In this document: one piece after another, positions 37,194 through 51,600 of the stretch | How positions within the stretch are numbered: the stretch's first letter is position 1 | Layout of the letters: each line of letters starts with the position of its first letter | Assembly (NCBI RefSeq): GCF_963921235.1 | Contig: NC_086101.1 | Span: 11,658,001-11,722,000 of the forward strand | From: Mobula hypostoma | Taxonomy: Eukaryota | DNA: 64,000 nt | Reading direction: 5' to 3' | Translations under genes and position numbers: made by a program | Notes under the pieces: generated by a model | The model's database searches: none | Seen by the model: only the letters and a program-made list of their open reading frames with translations | Told to the model about the DNA's origin: nothing

Positions 37194-39640
37194 TTAGCGC
37201 CGGTCCCGGGACCCCACTCTTTGGAGGCCCGGATCGGAACCGGAGCAGATTCTTAGCCACTTATTTTCATCCCAAGTCCAGAAGTAAGGATAAAGTTTCT
37301 CCATGAATTTATTCCCAGTGAAGGTGTAGAGATGGGACTTGGTCTCCACGTTGTAAAATGAAACTGTCCCCGACTCGTAACTGAGATAAACTCCCACCCT
37401 CCCGGGGAAGGGACCGGCAGGGAGACGGGAGTCAGGGCAGCCGTTTACAACAAGTCTGTCACCACCCCGCCCGATGGTCCACACTCCAGCTTCTGGTTTC
37501 AGTGCGACCCACTCCTTCCTCTCCATTGATTCTACAGCGACTCCCAGACTCCAGCGCCGGTTCCCCGTCACCTCCACCTCCCAGTAATGTCTCCCCGATA
37601 CGAATCCCTCCGATCCCAGCACACTAACCCCGGCTGTAAACCTCTTCCCAGTGTCAGGGAGATCGCTCCGTGTCCGGGTCCGTCTCACACTCTTCCGATC
37701 CTCAGACACCTCGAGCCGCTGATTTGCTGTTTCCACATCCAGGGTGACAGAGACTGGGGGGAGAAGCAGAGAATTAGGGAGTCCCCGGGGACGGGGAGAG
37801 ACTCGGACAGAGCGGTGCTGGGACCGGTAACTGGGGCATTCAGGCACATCCAGGCGTCAACATTAATTTTCCCCGAGTTGCACACAACTGCACTATATTG
37901 CTAATCCATTCTCATCAGTCCAGATGAAGGGTCTCGTTCCAAAACGTCGACAGTTTATTCTTCTCCATAGATGTTGCCCGACCTGCTGAGTTCAGCACTT
38001 TGCATGTGTGTGGGTGTGTCCCTCTGGGTTTCAAGCATCCGCAGAATTTTTTGTGCTTATAATTCTCCTTTCAACATTAAACGTCTGCGTTTGTCCTCAC
38101 ATTCAAAACGCTGGAGGGACTGGGCCGGTCAGGCAGCATCTACGGAGAGACATAAAAACTCGACCTTTCCGGTCAAAACCCTTCATCAAGACCCTGAAAC
38201 GATGGCTGCTTATTCCTCTTAAACACAGGAAGTCCAAAGCAACACGCACAAAATGCTGGAGGAGCTCAGCAGTCCAGGCAGCAACTATGGAAAAGAGTAA
38301 ACAGTCCATGTCCTGATGAAGGGCCTCGGCCCAGAATGTCGACTATTTACTCTTCTCCTCGCTGCCTGGCCTGCAGATGTGTGTGTTGCTCAGATTTCCA
38401 GCCTCTGCAGAATCTCTTGTGTTTATGCCAACACACTCAAAATGCTGGAGTGTCTCAGCAGGTCAGGCAGCATCGATGGAAACGAATAAACAGCGGATGT
38501 TTCCGGCTGACATCCTTCCACACGACTGGAAAGGAAGGGGGAAGATGCCAGGATAAAAAGGAGGGAGCAGGGGAAGGAGGTGGGTGGGAAAGGTAAGGAG
38601 CTGGAGAGGAAGGAATCTGATAGAACATGAGATGGACCATTGGAAAAAGGGAAGGAGGAGGTGACGGGCAGGCGAGAAGAGGTATGGGGCCAGAAGGGGG
38701 AATAAATGAAGAGGGGAGTGAGAGGGGATTTTTTTTCCGAAAGGAGAAATCGATATTCATGCTGTCATGCTGGAGGTAACCCAGATGGATATAAAAAGTT
38801 TTGCTCCTCCACCTTGAGGGTGGCCTCATCACGGCACGAGAGGCAAGGTGCCGTGTCAGAACTGGAGTGGAAATCGGAATTAAAGTACTTGGCCAGTGCT
38901 TCTGACGGCTGAAGCGGAGCAGCTCCGGTGTTATGGACTTCCCACATGCTGCCTATCATTTCTGTATTTTCCATTTTGGGTCCAGTAGCTTCTGTGTCTG
39001 TATGGCGGGGGTGGTTGGCATGGAAGGGTGGTTGTCCATGTTTTGAGTACAAATCCTGTAAGAGGACCGAGAGCAGAGAGGAGAAATGGCCAGTATAAAG
39101 AGGGGAAGGATCGCGGCGTGACAGGAGTCCACCAGGCAAGTTGTGGCTGGTAGGGGAGGGGAGGGGAGCAGGGTTAGAGTCGCACCACTTCTCTCCCCAG
39201 GGTGACTGAGGCAGACCAGGTAGGAGATGCAGGTGGAGTGAGGTGGGGGAGGAGTATGAAGGTTGGAGATGGTGAAAAGCAGGAACACAAAGGGCGATTG
39301 TGCTGGAATCTTATCAGCAAAGGAGGTGCTAATGAGAGCCATTAGGGGAGAGATGAATGGCAGATGGAGCCAGAACCAGGTGGGGGAGGGGTGGAAAGCT
39401 TGTGTGTGTTGGGGGGGGCGGGGGAAGGAGTGAATGTATCCAGGAGGGGGGAACGGAAGCAGACAGGTGATGGTGGGGGGTAGGGATTTAGAAGAAAAGA
39501 GACCACAATAAGAGGATCATAGGAGGGTGAGAGAGTGGGACAGAGTTATACATGTCAGCAAGAGTAGCAAACAAACTAAGAGGAGGAAATGAGAAGGTGG
39601 CCATTTTCATCGCCACCTTCCTCACCCTCTGTGTATAAGT

Positions 39641-39682
<42 letters not shown>

Positions 39683-42600
39683 CAGAGAGAGCACACAGAG
39701 AGAGCAGAGAGATAGCAGGAAACATAAAATTGTGGTGGTAGGGGATTTTAATTTTCCATATATTGATTGGGACTCCCATACCGTTAGGGGTCTAGATAGT
39801 TTAGAGTTTGTAAAATGTGTTCAGGAAAGTTTTCTAAATCAATATATAGAAGTACCAACTAGAGGGGATGCAATATTGGATCTCCTGTTAGGAAACGAGT
39901 TAGGACAGGTGATGGAAGTGTGTGTAGGGGAGCACTTTGGTTCCAGTGATCATAACACCGTTAATTTCAACTTGATCATGGACAAGGATAGATCTGGTCC
40001 TAGGGTTGAGGCTCTGAACTGGAAAAAAGTCAAATTTGAAGAAATGAGAAAGGATTTAAAAAGCATGGATTGGGACAAGTTGTTCTCTGGCAAAGTTGTG
40101 ATCGGTAAGTGGGAAGCCTTCAAAGGAGAAATTTTGAGAGTGCAGAGCTTGTATGTTCCCATCAGGATTAAAGGCAAAGTGAATTGGAATAAGGAACCTT
40201 GGTTCTCAAGGGATATTGCAACTCTGATAAAGAAGAAGAGAGAGTTGTATGACATGTATAGGAAACAGGGAGTAAATAAGGTGCTTGAGGAGTACAAAAA
40301 GTGCAAGGAAATACTTAAGAAAGAAATCAGGAGGGCTAAAAGAAGTCATGAGGTTGCCTTGGCAGTCAAAGTGAAGGATAATCGAAAGAACTTTTACAGG
40401 TATATTAAGAGTAAAAGGATTGTCAGGGATAAAATTGGTCCTCTTGAAGATCAGAGTGGTTGGCTATGTGCAGAACCAAAAGAAATGGGGGAGATCTTAA
40501 ATGGTTTCTTTGCGTCTGTATTTACTAAGGAAACTGGCATGAAGTCTATGGAATTAAGGGAAACAAGTAGTGAGATCATGGAAACTGTACAGATTGAAAA
40601 GGAGGAGGTGCTTGCTATCTGAGGTAAATTAAAGTGTATAAATCCCCAGGACCTGACAGGGTATTCCCTCGGACCTTGAAGGAGACTAGTGTTGAAATTG
40701 CAGGGGCCCTGGCAGATATATTTAAAATGTCCGTGTCTATGGGTGAGGTGCTGGAGGATTGGAGAGTGGCTCATGTTGTTCTGTTGTTTAAAAAAGGATC
40801 GAAAAGTAATCCAGGAAATAATAGGCCGGTAAGTTTGACGTCGGTAGTGGGTAACTTATTGGAGGGAGTACTAAGAGACAGAATCTACAAGCATTTGGAT
40901 AGACAGGGACTTATCAGGGAGAGTCAACATGGCTTTGTGTGTGGTAGGTCATGATTGACCAATCTGTTGGAGTCTTTCGAGGAGGTTACCAGGAAAGTGG
41001 ATGAAGGGAAGGCAGTGGATGTTGTCTACATGGACTTCAGTAAGGCCTTTGACAAGGTCCCGCATGGGAGGTTAGTTAGGAAAATTCAGTTGCATTGAAT
41101 TGGTTGACATTGACATTGGTTCAATGGAAGAAGCCAAAGAGTGGTAGTAGAGAATTGCTTCTCAGAGTGGAGGCCTGTGACTAGTGGTGTGCCACGAGGA
41201 TCAGTGCTGGGTCCATTGTTATTTGTCATCTATATCAATGATCTGGATGATAATGTGGTAAATTGGATCAGCAAATTTGCTGATGATACAAAGATTGGAG
41301 GTGTAGTGGACAGTGAGGAAGGTTTTCAGAGCCTGCAGAGGGATTTGGACCAGCTGGAAAAATGGGCTGAAAAATGGCAGATGAAGTTTAATACAGACAA
41401 GTGTGAGGTATTGCACTTTGGAAGGACAAACCAAGGTAGAACATACAGGGTAAATGGTAAGACACTAAGGAGTGCAGTAGAACAGAGGGATCTGGGAATA
41501 CAGATACAAATTTCCCTAAAAGTGGCGTCACAAGTAGATAGGGTCGTAAAGAGAGCTTTTGGTACATTGGTCTTTATTAATCAAAGTATTGAGTATAAGA
41601 GCTGGAATGTTATGATGAGGTTGTATAAGGCATTGGTGAGGCCAAATCTGGAGTATTGTGTTCAGTTTTGGTCACCAAATTACAGGAAGGATATAAATAA
41701 GGTTGAAAGAGTGCAGAGAAGGTTACAAGGATGTTGCCAGGACTTGAGAAACTCAGTTACAGAGAAAAGTTGAATGGGTTAGGACTTTATTCCCTGGATC
41801 ATAGAAGAATGAGGGGTGATTTGATAGAGGTACATAAAATTATGATGGGTATAGATAGAGTGAATGCAAGCAGGCTTTTTCCACTGAGGCAAGGGGAGAA
41901 AAAAAACAGAGGACATGGGTTAAGGGTGAAGAGGGAAAAGTTTAAAGGGAACATTAGGGGGAGCTTCTTCACACAGAGAGTGGTGGGAGTATGGAATGAG
42001 CTGCCAGACGAGGTGGTAAATGCGGGTTCTTTTTTAACATTTAAGAATAAATTGAACAGATACATGGATGGGAGGTGTATGGAGGGATATGGTCCGTGTG
42101 CAGGTCAGTGGGACTAGGCAGAAAATGGTTCAGCACAGCCAAGAAGGGCCAAAAGGCCTGTTTCTGTGCTGTAGTTTTTCTATGGTTTTCTATGGTTTCT
42201 ATGTATGATTGTGACATACAGTACAAACAAATTTCAGTGGTTATACTGCTTCTTTAAACTTATCAGAATCAGAATCATGTGACGTGAAAACATTGTAAAA
42301 ACATGACTTTTTGCATCTTATCTGAATGTTCACCTGGTTGTGATTGTGAACAGACATAAATGTCTCAGTTAAAGAAAATATTCTGCAAGAGATGTCAACA
42401 CACTGAGGCTCTGGAGAAGGGGCTGCCAGGGAAGGATTTGAAGAATTTCACTGTGGATTTATTAGAAACATTCCATGGAATCTAAAGCAATGCCTGAGAA
42501 ATTTTGGGAAGCTTCCCTCACCCCAGCAGAAACAGTGGGCCTTCTAGGAAGGAAGAGATATCCTCTAATAATGGAGTGATCGCAGGGAGAGGTAGATCCA

Positions 42601-45600
42601 TTGGCTCAGTGATATTGGAAGTTTAGGGAATGAAACTTCAAACTGAAGGTGGATTATTTGTATAAGTAAGGTAATGATATTAATTGGGTCCAATTTGAAG
42701 CATAGAATAATACTCTGTTATTCCTGTATAACATGAGTCAAACTGTAAGTTGTGAATTGGAACATTTAGATCTATTTACCAGGCTGAATGTCTTCGAACA
42801 TTTCCCTCCACACCGGGAAAGGTAAAGGCCCATTGAATTCTCCCATTGTAAGAGCCCCATCCATGATTGTGAGTGTCCGGATATTTCCCACCCTGCAAAT
42901 TTTAAACATTTTAATTTAAGTATTTGAACACAAACTATTTTCTGAGTTAATATTAAAAGGTTTTGCTAGGGTTCAGATAAGATCAGGTCCTACCTCCTCT
43001 TCTGACAGCATTCTTCCTGCAAAAAAACAAAACAGAAATCAGAATGGATGGATACTGAGCACATTAGACCATAAGACATGGGCGCAGAGTGATGCCATTC
43101 GAACAATCGGGTCTGCTCTGCCCATTCCATCAGAGTGGATTTATTGTCCCTCTTAACCGTTTCTTCTGCCTTCTCTCTGTAACCATTGATGGCTTACTAA
43201 TCAACCTCCGCTTTAAATATACCCAATGATTTGGCTTCCACAGCCTTCTGTTGCTATGAATTCAACCAAGTCACCACACTCTAGCTAAAGAAATTTCTCC
43301 TCATCACTGTATTCTGAGGCAGTGCCCTCTGATCATACACTCTCCCGCTATAAAAAACATTCTCGCCATGTCCACTCTATCCAGGCCTTTCAATATTCTG
43401 CAAGTTTCATGAGATCCCCACTCATCTGGACTCCAGGGAGTACAAATCCAGGGTCATCAAATTCTCTTTATATGTTAATCCTTGCATTCCTGCAATAATT
43501 AGTTAGTTGGCTGAAAGGTTTCTAATTAATTAGTTCCTGCCGAAGGGTTTCTGCCCAAAACATTGACTATATTCTTTTTCTAGATGCTGCCTGGCCTGCT
43601 GAGTTCATCCAGCATTTTGTGTGCGTTGCTCGGATTTCCAGGACCTGCAGATCTTCTCTTGTTTGTGATTAGTTAGTTGGCTGTCAGAATGCATTCATTA
43701 ACATTTTCTAAATTTATAATCAGAGCTGGTAAGCTAAATCCAGATAATGTGTTAAAGTAATAGTTCTCATCCATATTCACAAATGGACATTGTAGCTGGA
43801 ATGCTCATTAAGGGTATGTAAAGTTCTATGATATGTAATGAACATGAGCAGGTACAAGAAGTTGTACCGGGTTGAAAGTTGATTAGTTGATCTGCTAAGC
43901 AGGGTGGTGTAACAGCCAGCAAAACATTTTACAGTACAGGCAACCTGGGTTCAATTCCCACCACTGCCTGTAAGGAATTTGTACATTCTCCCTGTAACCA
44001 CGTTGGTTTCCTCTGGGTTCTCCAGTTTCCTCCCATAGTCCACAGACATACCAGTTGATAGGTCATTATAAATTATTCTGTGATAAGGCAAGGATTAAAT
44101 TGGGGGATTGCTGGGCGTCACAGTACAAAGGGGCAGAATGGTGTATTCTGAGTTACTGTATATCCCAATGAATAAATAAATAAATGCTGCTGTGGCCATC
44201 AGCGGAGCAGACTGTGAATTTCCCATTGGAGATTTTTAAATTGTCACTGACCACAGGTGAAGTGCCAAATGATAGAAGGACAGCAAATGAGGCAGTTTTA
44301 CTCAAGCATGGCAGCATGGATAAAGCAGCCCATGAATCCAATGTCAGTGACTAAACATCTCCGAAAAGAAAACAAACTTCTGAGGGACAGGGTAGAGGTA
44401 CACCGGAAAAGGTAGGGATTAATTAAATGGTATCAGTAAGGCTTTGTTAGAGAGGATCCAGACTGAATAGAGAAGAAGAAGAAAGCCCTTAACTCCAAGT
44501 GGAGTCATCGGGACGTTGCCATGACGGCGTTTTTTTAGCGGGCTTTCTTATTTTTACAAGGCCAAGTTGCTCGCTTGACGCTCAACCCAGCACGGATGTG
44601 GAAGCGTGCAGGGGAACCAGGTGGATTCGAACTCGAGGGCCTTTGCTCTGAAGTCTGACACTGATGCCACTATACCACCAGCCGGCAATCTAGACTAAAC
44701 AATTACGATCAAATTTTTTAAGAATAAAGCTAAGTGTACCAATGAGATCAGTGCATTTGACATGGGTTATGTGGACATCAGCTGGATAATGTTTCAGAAT
44801 CAGAATTAGGTTTAATATCGCCAGCACATGTCATAAAAGTTGTTAACTTTTTGGCAGCAGTATAATGAAATACATGATAAATAAATATAGGGAAAACTGA
44901 ATTACAGTAAATATATATATGTGTATGTGGGTGCGTTAAATAGTTAGATCAAAATAAGAAGTGTAATGTAACAGAAATAAAAAAGTAGTAAGGTAGTGTT
45001 CTTGGGTCCAATGTCCATTTAGAAATTGGACGGCAGAGGGGAAGAAACTGTTCCTGAATTCCTGAGGGTGTGCCTTCAGGCTTCGGTACCTCCTTCCTTA
45101 TGGTAACAATGAGAAGACGGCATGTCCTGGGTGTTGGGGGCCCTTAATGTTGGATGTCACCTTCCTAAGGCACCACTCCTTGTAGATGTATTGTACACTA
45201 CCGAGGCTAGTAGCCATGATGGAACTGACTAATTTTACAAGTTTCTGCAACTTACTGTGATCTTCTGCAATAACCACCCCCCCCCCCCATACCAGACAGT
45301 GATGCAGCCTGTCAGAATGCTCTGTACGGTACACTTGTAGAGGATTTCAAGAGTTTTAGTTGACAAACCAAGTCTCCTCAAACTCTGAATGAAAGTTGCT
45401 GTCTTGCCTTCTGTCACAAAGGAAACTGGCCCAAAAGCTTAGAGCTCACAGAATCCAAGGCACGTTGGTAAACTGGTTCTAAAATTGGCTGAATAATAGG
45501 AAGCAGAGAATGATATCAAAATATAATGGGTACTTCTGAAAGAAAATAGGTCTGACATTCATGATTGGATACCCATCCTTGTTACTGTCTGTACAACTAT

Positions 45601-48600
45601 TCTTAGATATTGCTGATGTGGATATAAATGTAGATAAACATAAAGACTACATCAAAACATACTGTGAAATGTGTCATTTGTGTCAAAACAAAACAGCAAG
45701 GATTGTGCTGGGGGCAGCTCACAAGTGTAAAAACGCTTCTGGCACCAACTGAGCACACCCAGAATTCAATAACCTTAACATTACGTCTTTGGGATCCGTG
45801 AGGAGACTGGAGCACCGGAGGTCATGGGGAGTCCTTACGGGCCGTGACGGGAATCGAACCCCAGTGATCTCTGGCTGATATTGTACAGCAATGTACTAAC
45901 TGCTACTCTACTGTGCCACCCAATGTTAGAAGCGTTATTAATGGGTTCAGAAGTTTTCATAACTTTCCTTGCAGTGACAGTAGACTTGAGGATGTGTAGT
46001 TACCAGGCTTATCCCTGGTGATCTATCTGAGAGAAGTTGTTGTTGATCTGAGGAGGATGCAGCTTGTTATTAATTCCTCATGGCCAAGAGGAACACAAGG
46101 CCTCAAGCTCTCCACTGCTTTCTCAATAAAAGAACCAACCAGTTCCCCCTCCATCACCACCCTCCCCCATCTGGCTGAACTGCTCCTCAACCTCAACAAT
46201 TTTTCCTTCGGCTTCTCCCACTTTCTCCAGACTCGGGGTAGCCATGGGCACTTTATGGGGCCCAACTGTGCCCATTTTTTTTGTTGCCTACATAGAACAG
46301 TCCATTTTCTAAGCCATCCCCAGTAAACAATTTCAATTCCGATTTGACTCCGTTTCCCATTCTGACATGTCGATTCATTGTGCCAAGATGAGGCCATCCT
46401 CAGGGTGGAGGAGCAACACCTTGTATTCCAGACACGAGGAAATCTGCAGATGCTGGAAATTCAAGCAACACACACAAAAGGGTCCCAGCCCGAAACATCG
46501 ACTGCACCTCTTCCTATAGATGCTGCTTGGCCTGCTGCGTTCACCAGCATTTTTTGTGTGTGTTACCTTATATTCTGTCTGGGTACCCTCCAACCTGATG
46601 GCATGAATATCGATTTCTCCTTCTTTCCCACCCCACTTCCTCTATTCCCCGCTCTGACCTATCACTTCTTCCCATCTGCCTATTACTTCCCCCTTGGATC
46701 CACTCCTCCTTTCCTTTCTCTTGTGGTCCATTCTCCTGTCCTATCAAATTCTTTCTTCTCCAGCACTTGACCTTTCACATTCCTGTGGCTTCACCGATCA
46801 CCTTCCAGCTAGCCGCTTTCTACTCCCCCCCGCCACCTTTTTATTCTACCATCTCCACTTTTTCTTTCCAGTCCTGAAGAAGGATCTTAGCCCAAAAAGT
46901 CAACTGTTTATTCGTTTCCATAGATGCTGCCTGGCCTGCTGAGTTCCTCCAGCATCTTGTGTGTCTTGCTTTGGATTTCCAGCATCTTGCTCATGTTTAT
47001 AATACTAATTAGTTGGTGAGATGATTATACCAGTGGTGAATGCATTATTAATCTTGTAAAGTCTAACATGATGCAGTTTGGCAAGAGTAATGAAAGGAAC
47101 ACCTACACAATGAAGGGTAGTTCCTTGTGGGAACAACACATCGAAGTTCAAAGTAAATTTATTATCAAAGTTCGTTTATGTCACCATATGTGATTCATTT
47201 TCTCATGGGCATTCACAGTAGATACAAAGAAACATAATATAATTAATGAAAACCTACACAGAAGCAAAGATGGACAAACAATCCAAAATGCAAAAGAAGA
47301 TAAATTGTGCAAATACAAAATTAAGCAAATAGTAAAACATTAGTAATAACTAATATTGAGAACATAAGTTGTAGAGTCCTTGAAAGTGTGTCCATAGGTT
47401 CAGAGTCGGGGTGAGTGAAGTTATCCATGATTTTTCAAGAGTCTAATGGTTGTAGGAGAATAACTGTTCGTGAACCTGGTGGTGTGAGACTCAAGGCTCC
47501 TGCACTTCCTTCCTGATGGCAGCAGTGAAAAGAGGGAAATGTCTGGATGGTAGGACCCCTGGTGATGGACGCTGCCACAATCGAGCGAGGGAAAGAGGAA
47601 AACTGATGTTGCGAAACAGAGCAAACTCGCTGAATAATCTAAGGATTCCTGAAATCAGGTGAAGGAGACTTCATACGAGACTTCTATCCTCCGCTGGGGC
47701 ACAGATTAGAAAAGAGTATAGGTTATGGTATAATTTTATAAAGAGATTATATAGCCCACATCTGGGGTGTTGTCTACTGTACTGACTTTTGGGTTTTGAG
47801 AATGACACACTTGCACCGGAGGGCTGCTGAAGAGATTCACCAGGATTTTCTCTGAGAAGCAGCGGTTCTGTTACGTGAACAAACAGATTGGTTGTTTTCC
47901 TTGGAATGCATGGGACTGTGTGTGGGCTAACTGCACAGAAGTATAAAAAAAGTTATGTGGAACATGAACATGGTAGATAGTGAGAAAATACTCTCTATGT
48001 CAGTGTTGAGAACCCAAGGTCCGAGATTTTGTGTAACAGGGCAAGAGCTTCAGAGAGAATCTGAGAAGCATTTTACTTCTGCAAGAATGCAGTTGGAATC
48101 TGGAATATATAGTACTTGAGAGGATGATGCAGACAGGTAGTCTCACGATTTTTCCGAAATATCAAAAGGAACACATAGATAGCTAGAGCAGAGACAGCTA
48201 AAAATAAAGTGGTGGTAAATAACATTATTGTCAGTGGATTCCTGATGACTGACATGGATTTGGAGGGGTAAGGAGCCTGTAATGTGCTCCAAGACCCAGT
48301 CACCCTTTGATTAACTTGTAGCTCTACAAGCAGCAGAAACTGAGGAGGAATTTCTTTAGCCAAAGGGTGATGAATCTGTGGAATGAGATGGCTGTGGAGG
48401 CCAAGTCACTGGGTATATTTAAAACAGAGTTTGATTAGTCAGGCTGTCAAATGTAGGAGAATGGGGTTGAGGGGGATGGAATGTGGAGCAGATTGAATGG
48501 GCTGAATTTGCCTGATACTGCTCTTTATGTCTTATGTTCTAGATTACACCAAAGATTTTGCAGATACTGGAATTCACCCAGCTGCTGAAACACAGACAGA

Positions 48601-51600
48601 AGGGGTTTTTTTTTTATTACAGAGAGTATACAGAGGCAAAGGAAAAAAGTTCCAGGAAAACATACAAGAATGATAGAAGAGGTGAGGGGGACAACAAAGA
48701 GAGATGATTACACAGGACTGGATAGTTTTTGGGCTTGGGTAAGGAATCATTGGATGGCAAATAAATCAGCTCATGGGTGAATTTGTTGAGGATTTGATAC
48801 AATGTTTGGATTTGATCAAATCAATGTGGATATTTGCATTACTGAAGAGACTAAGTTGCTGAACTTAGTTCAGGAAAACAAAATCAGTGAGCCAATTAAA
48901 GCTGCTGTTAAAACACCTCCCTAAGGTCAGGCCTTGAAACTGTTAGATAACTGCAAAATAATGTTCTTCAGTGAAGGAAGCCTGTCATTTGAACTTGTTT
49001 TGATCTGTTGACAACATGAGGTCATCAGAAAAGTCAATGATCAATGAACTCTGTGGCCACTTTATTAGGTACACCTCCCCACCTAATAAATATCTGACAC
49101 TTAATAATAGTTTCTGAACATTTCAGAAACTGCTGATTTCCTGAGATTTTCATGTCCAACAGTCTCTGGAGCTTACAGAGAATGGTACGAAAAGCAAAAA
49201 CATCCAGTGAGCAGCAGGTTCTGTGGCTTAAGACACCTTGTTATTGAGAGAGGTCCCTCCATGAGCACCAATTGGAGGCTTGCATGCTTCAATCACCCAG
49301 ACAGCTATGTTGGCTACAGTCAGGGCCCTGTGCTCTGCTGTCAGTAGGGTCACCCAAGCCAGACAGGTCAAAGAGTAGAGGCCAGACTAAGAGCAATCCA
49401 CCAGTCCTCCAGGTCGGAGGTTCAGCTCAGGGCTAACAACCCTAACTGGTCAAACAAAAATTGTTACAGAAACAGCAATGAAGAATCCTGTATCTCTGTG
49501 CAACTGTATTCCTGAGTACCCACCAGGGATTTGCATGACTGACAGCAGAGAAAAGCAAGAGGAAGCTACTGGCATGATGACAGAAGCCCTGAGCACCCCC
49601 AAGAGCAAGACCAAAGTTGTGTTTTGGAATGTATGAACACTGGCAAGCTAGCACAAATAACTGTAGAAATGCATCATTTCAACCTAGATACACTGGGTGT
49701 CGGTGAAAGCAGATGGACAGATGGAAGACTAAAGGCGACATTTGGTGAAACGAGGAGAGAGGCCACAGCAAGGTGAAGCTGAGTGTTCTGTCCACGTTCT
49801 TGTACGGGTCAGAATGCTGTGCATGACAAAGAATGGCCTTGCTGAACTGTCACCATTCCACACCACAAGCGTCCGGAAGACACCCCATGTTTTCTGTCCC
49901 ACTACACCCTGTGCCTTCAGTGTCATCCACAACCATACTGAGGAAACACTGGAGACGGATCGGGCACTTAATGAGAAGAGAGGCCAACTCCACCATCAAG
50001 ACAGCACTTCATTGCAACCCTGAGGTGTGAAAGAAATGCAGGAGGCCAAATACAACTTGCCGCCAAACCGTAGAGGCAGAAGTGAGGACCCTTAACCACA
50101 CCTGAGGCAAAATAGGGAAGATGGCCAAGGACAGACAGAGATGGAGGAGCTTCATTGCTGCCCTAAATGCCAGCGGTGTAACAGGCAGTAACTAGCTAAT
50201 GAGAGAGGACCGAGGAAAATGGCCAGACTGGTTCAAGCTGACAGGAAGGCAGCAGTAACTGAAATGACAACATGTTACAACAGTGGTGTGAAGAAGAGCC
50301 TCTCCGAATGCACAACTCATCAATCTTGGGCCACACTAGCGAAGACCACAAACATACACTCAGTGGCCCTTGTCGAGTCAGAAGTAACCAGCTTGGGTGT
50401 TATTCTTGATTCAGATTTGAATTTTAAATCCCACATAAGGCGCAGCATTTCCACACTTCACAAATATTGCAAAGGTACAGTCATTCCTGTACTGTAATGA
50501 TACTGAAAAACTAATTCACACCCTTATATCAAATAGACTAGATTACTGCAATGCACTTTTCACTGGTCTTAAAGCAATCTATTAACAAACTTCAACTCAT
50601 TCAGAAACTTTTAACCAAAACCAGGATAAGAGAGCATATCACTCCCATCCAAACTACTCTGCATTGGCTTTCTGTATATTTTAGAATTGTTTTTAAAATT
50701 CTCTTACGTTTTTAAAGCCGTTAATAGTCTGCTATGAAGTACATCAAAGAATCATTTTCCAGCTGTCAGGTTCTGAAACTGGTCTCTTAAATTTAAACAA
50801 TCTCCCTCAAAAATGATTGTCAGGTCAGCTTTTTTGAACCATACTCCTAGACTGTGGAATTCAATACCTAAAACTATAAGGGATGCTGACTCATTTGACA
50901 CTTGAAAATGCCAGCTCAAACCCCCATTTATTTCATTTTGAACACTAACATCTTTAGTCTTCTACTTTCATGTTTATTTTCGTTTTTTATTTTACTTTCA
51001 AATTTGAACTTTTATCCTATGTAATGCGCTTTGAACTATACATCTGTATGAAAAGTGCTCTATAAGTACAAATATTATTATTGTTAGATGCCTAATAAAG
51101 TGGCCACTGAGTGTTTTTGCCTCAAAAACGGCCCAGCTGGCCACTTATGTCGAGAGAAATAAACTTGACCTTGTTAATATCATTCTCTAATTTCCACCCA
51201 TCATCACTGTCTACGCTGCATCTGCCGTTCTGAACTGAACTATACTTCCTTACCTTAAGAAATATCACTCCATCTGTCTGCTCCATCTGCCTATGCAACT
51301 TTGAGATTTCCTCTTCAATTGAAGTTAAATTACTTTGAATCTTCCGAAGAGTTTTCTCCATTTGACCCACAACCATCTTCTCCTGTTTTCTGAGATCTCT
51401 GATTAAACGCTGCTCTTTCTCGGTGAGACTCTGACGTATCCGAGTGAACTCGGACGAGATGTGGGACTCCAGACTGCGTGACTGATCCTACCGAATGAAA
51501 TGTGAACATCTTTATATAACGCAATAACTGGAGCAGAACCAATTGAGAAAATAACAAATCATAAAGGGAGACTTTACCCGAATCTCAGAAATCTTCTGTT

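Larger units (their letters stand above)
49049..51113. mobile_element. Tc1-like element hosting nested RTE and L2 insertions
   Basis: TIRs GTGGCCACTTTATTAGG / CCTAATAAAGTGGCCAC; internal sequence matches 34850-35749. Confidence 0.75.

Noticed and set aside
39639..39720. MCVCVCVCVRERER N-terminus of the 327-aa ORF
   Set aside because: Translation of a microsatellite fused by chance to a truncated CR1 ORF2.
44610..44686. tRNA gene
   Set aside because: It has A and B boxes but no convincing acceptor stem, and continues into a SINE body with a (TTC)n tail.
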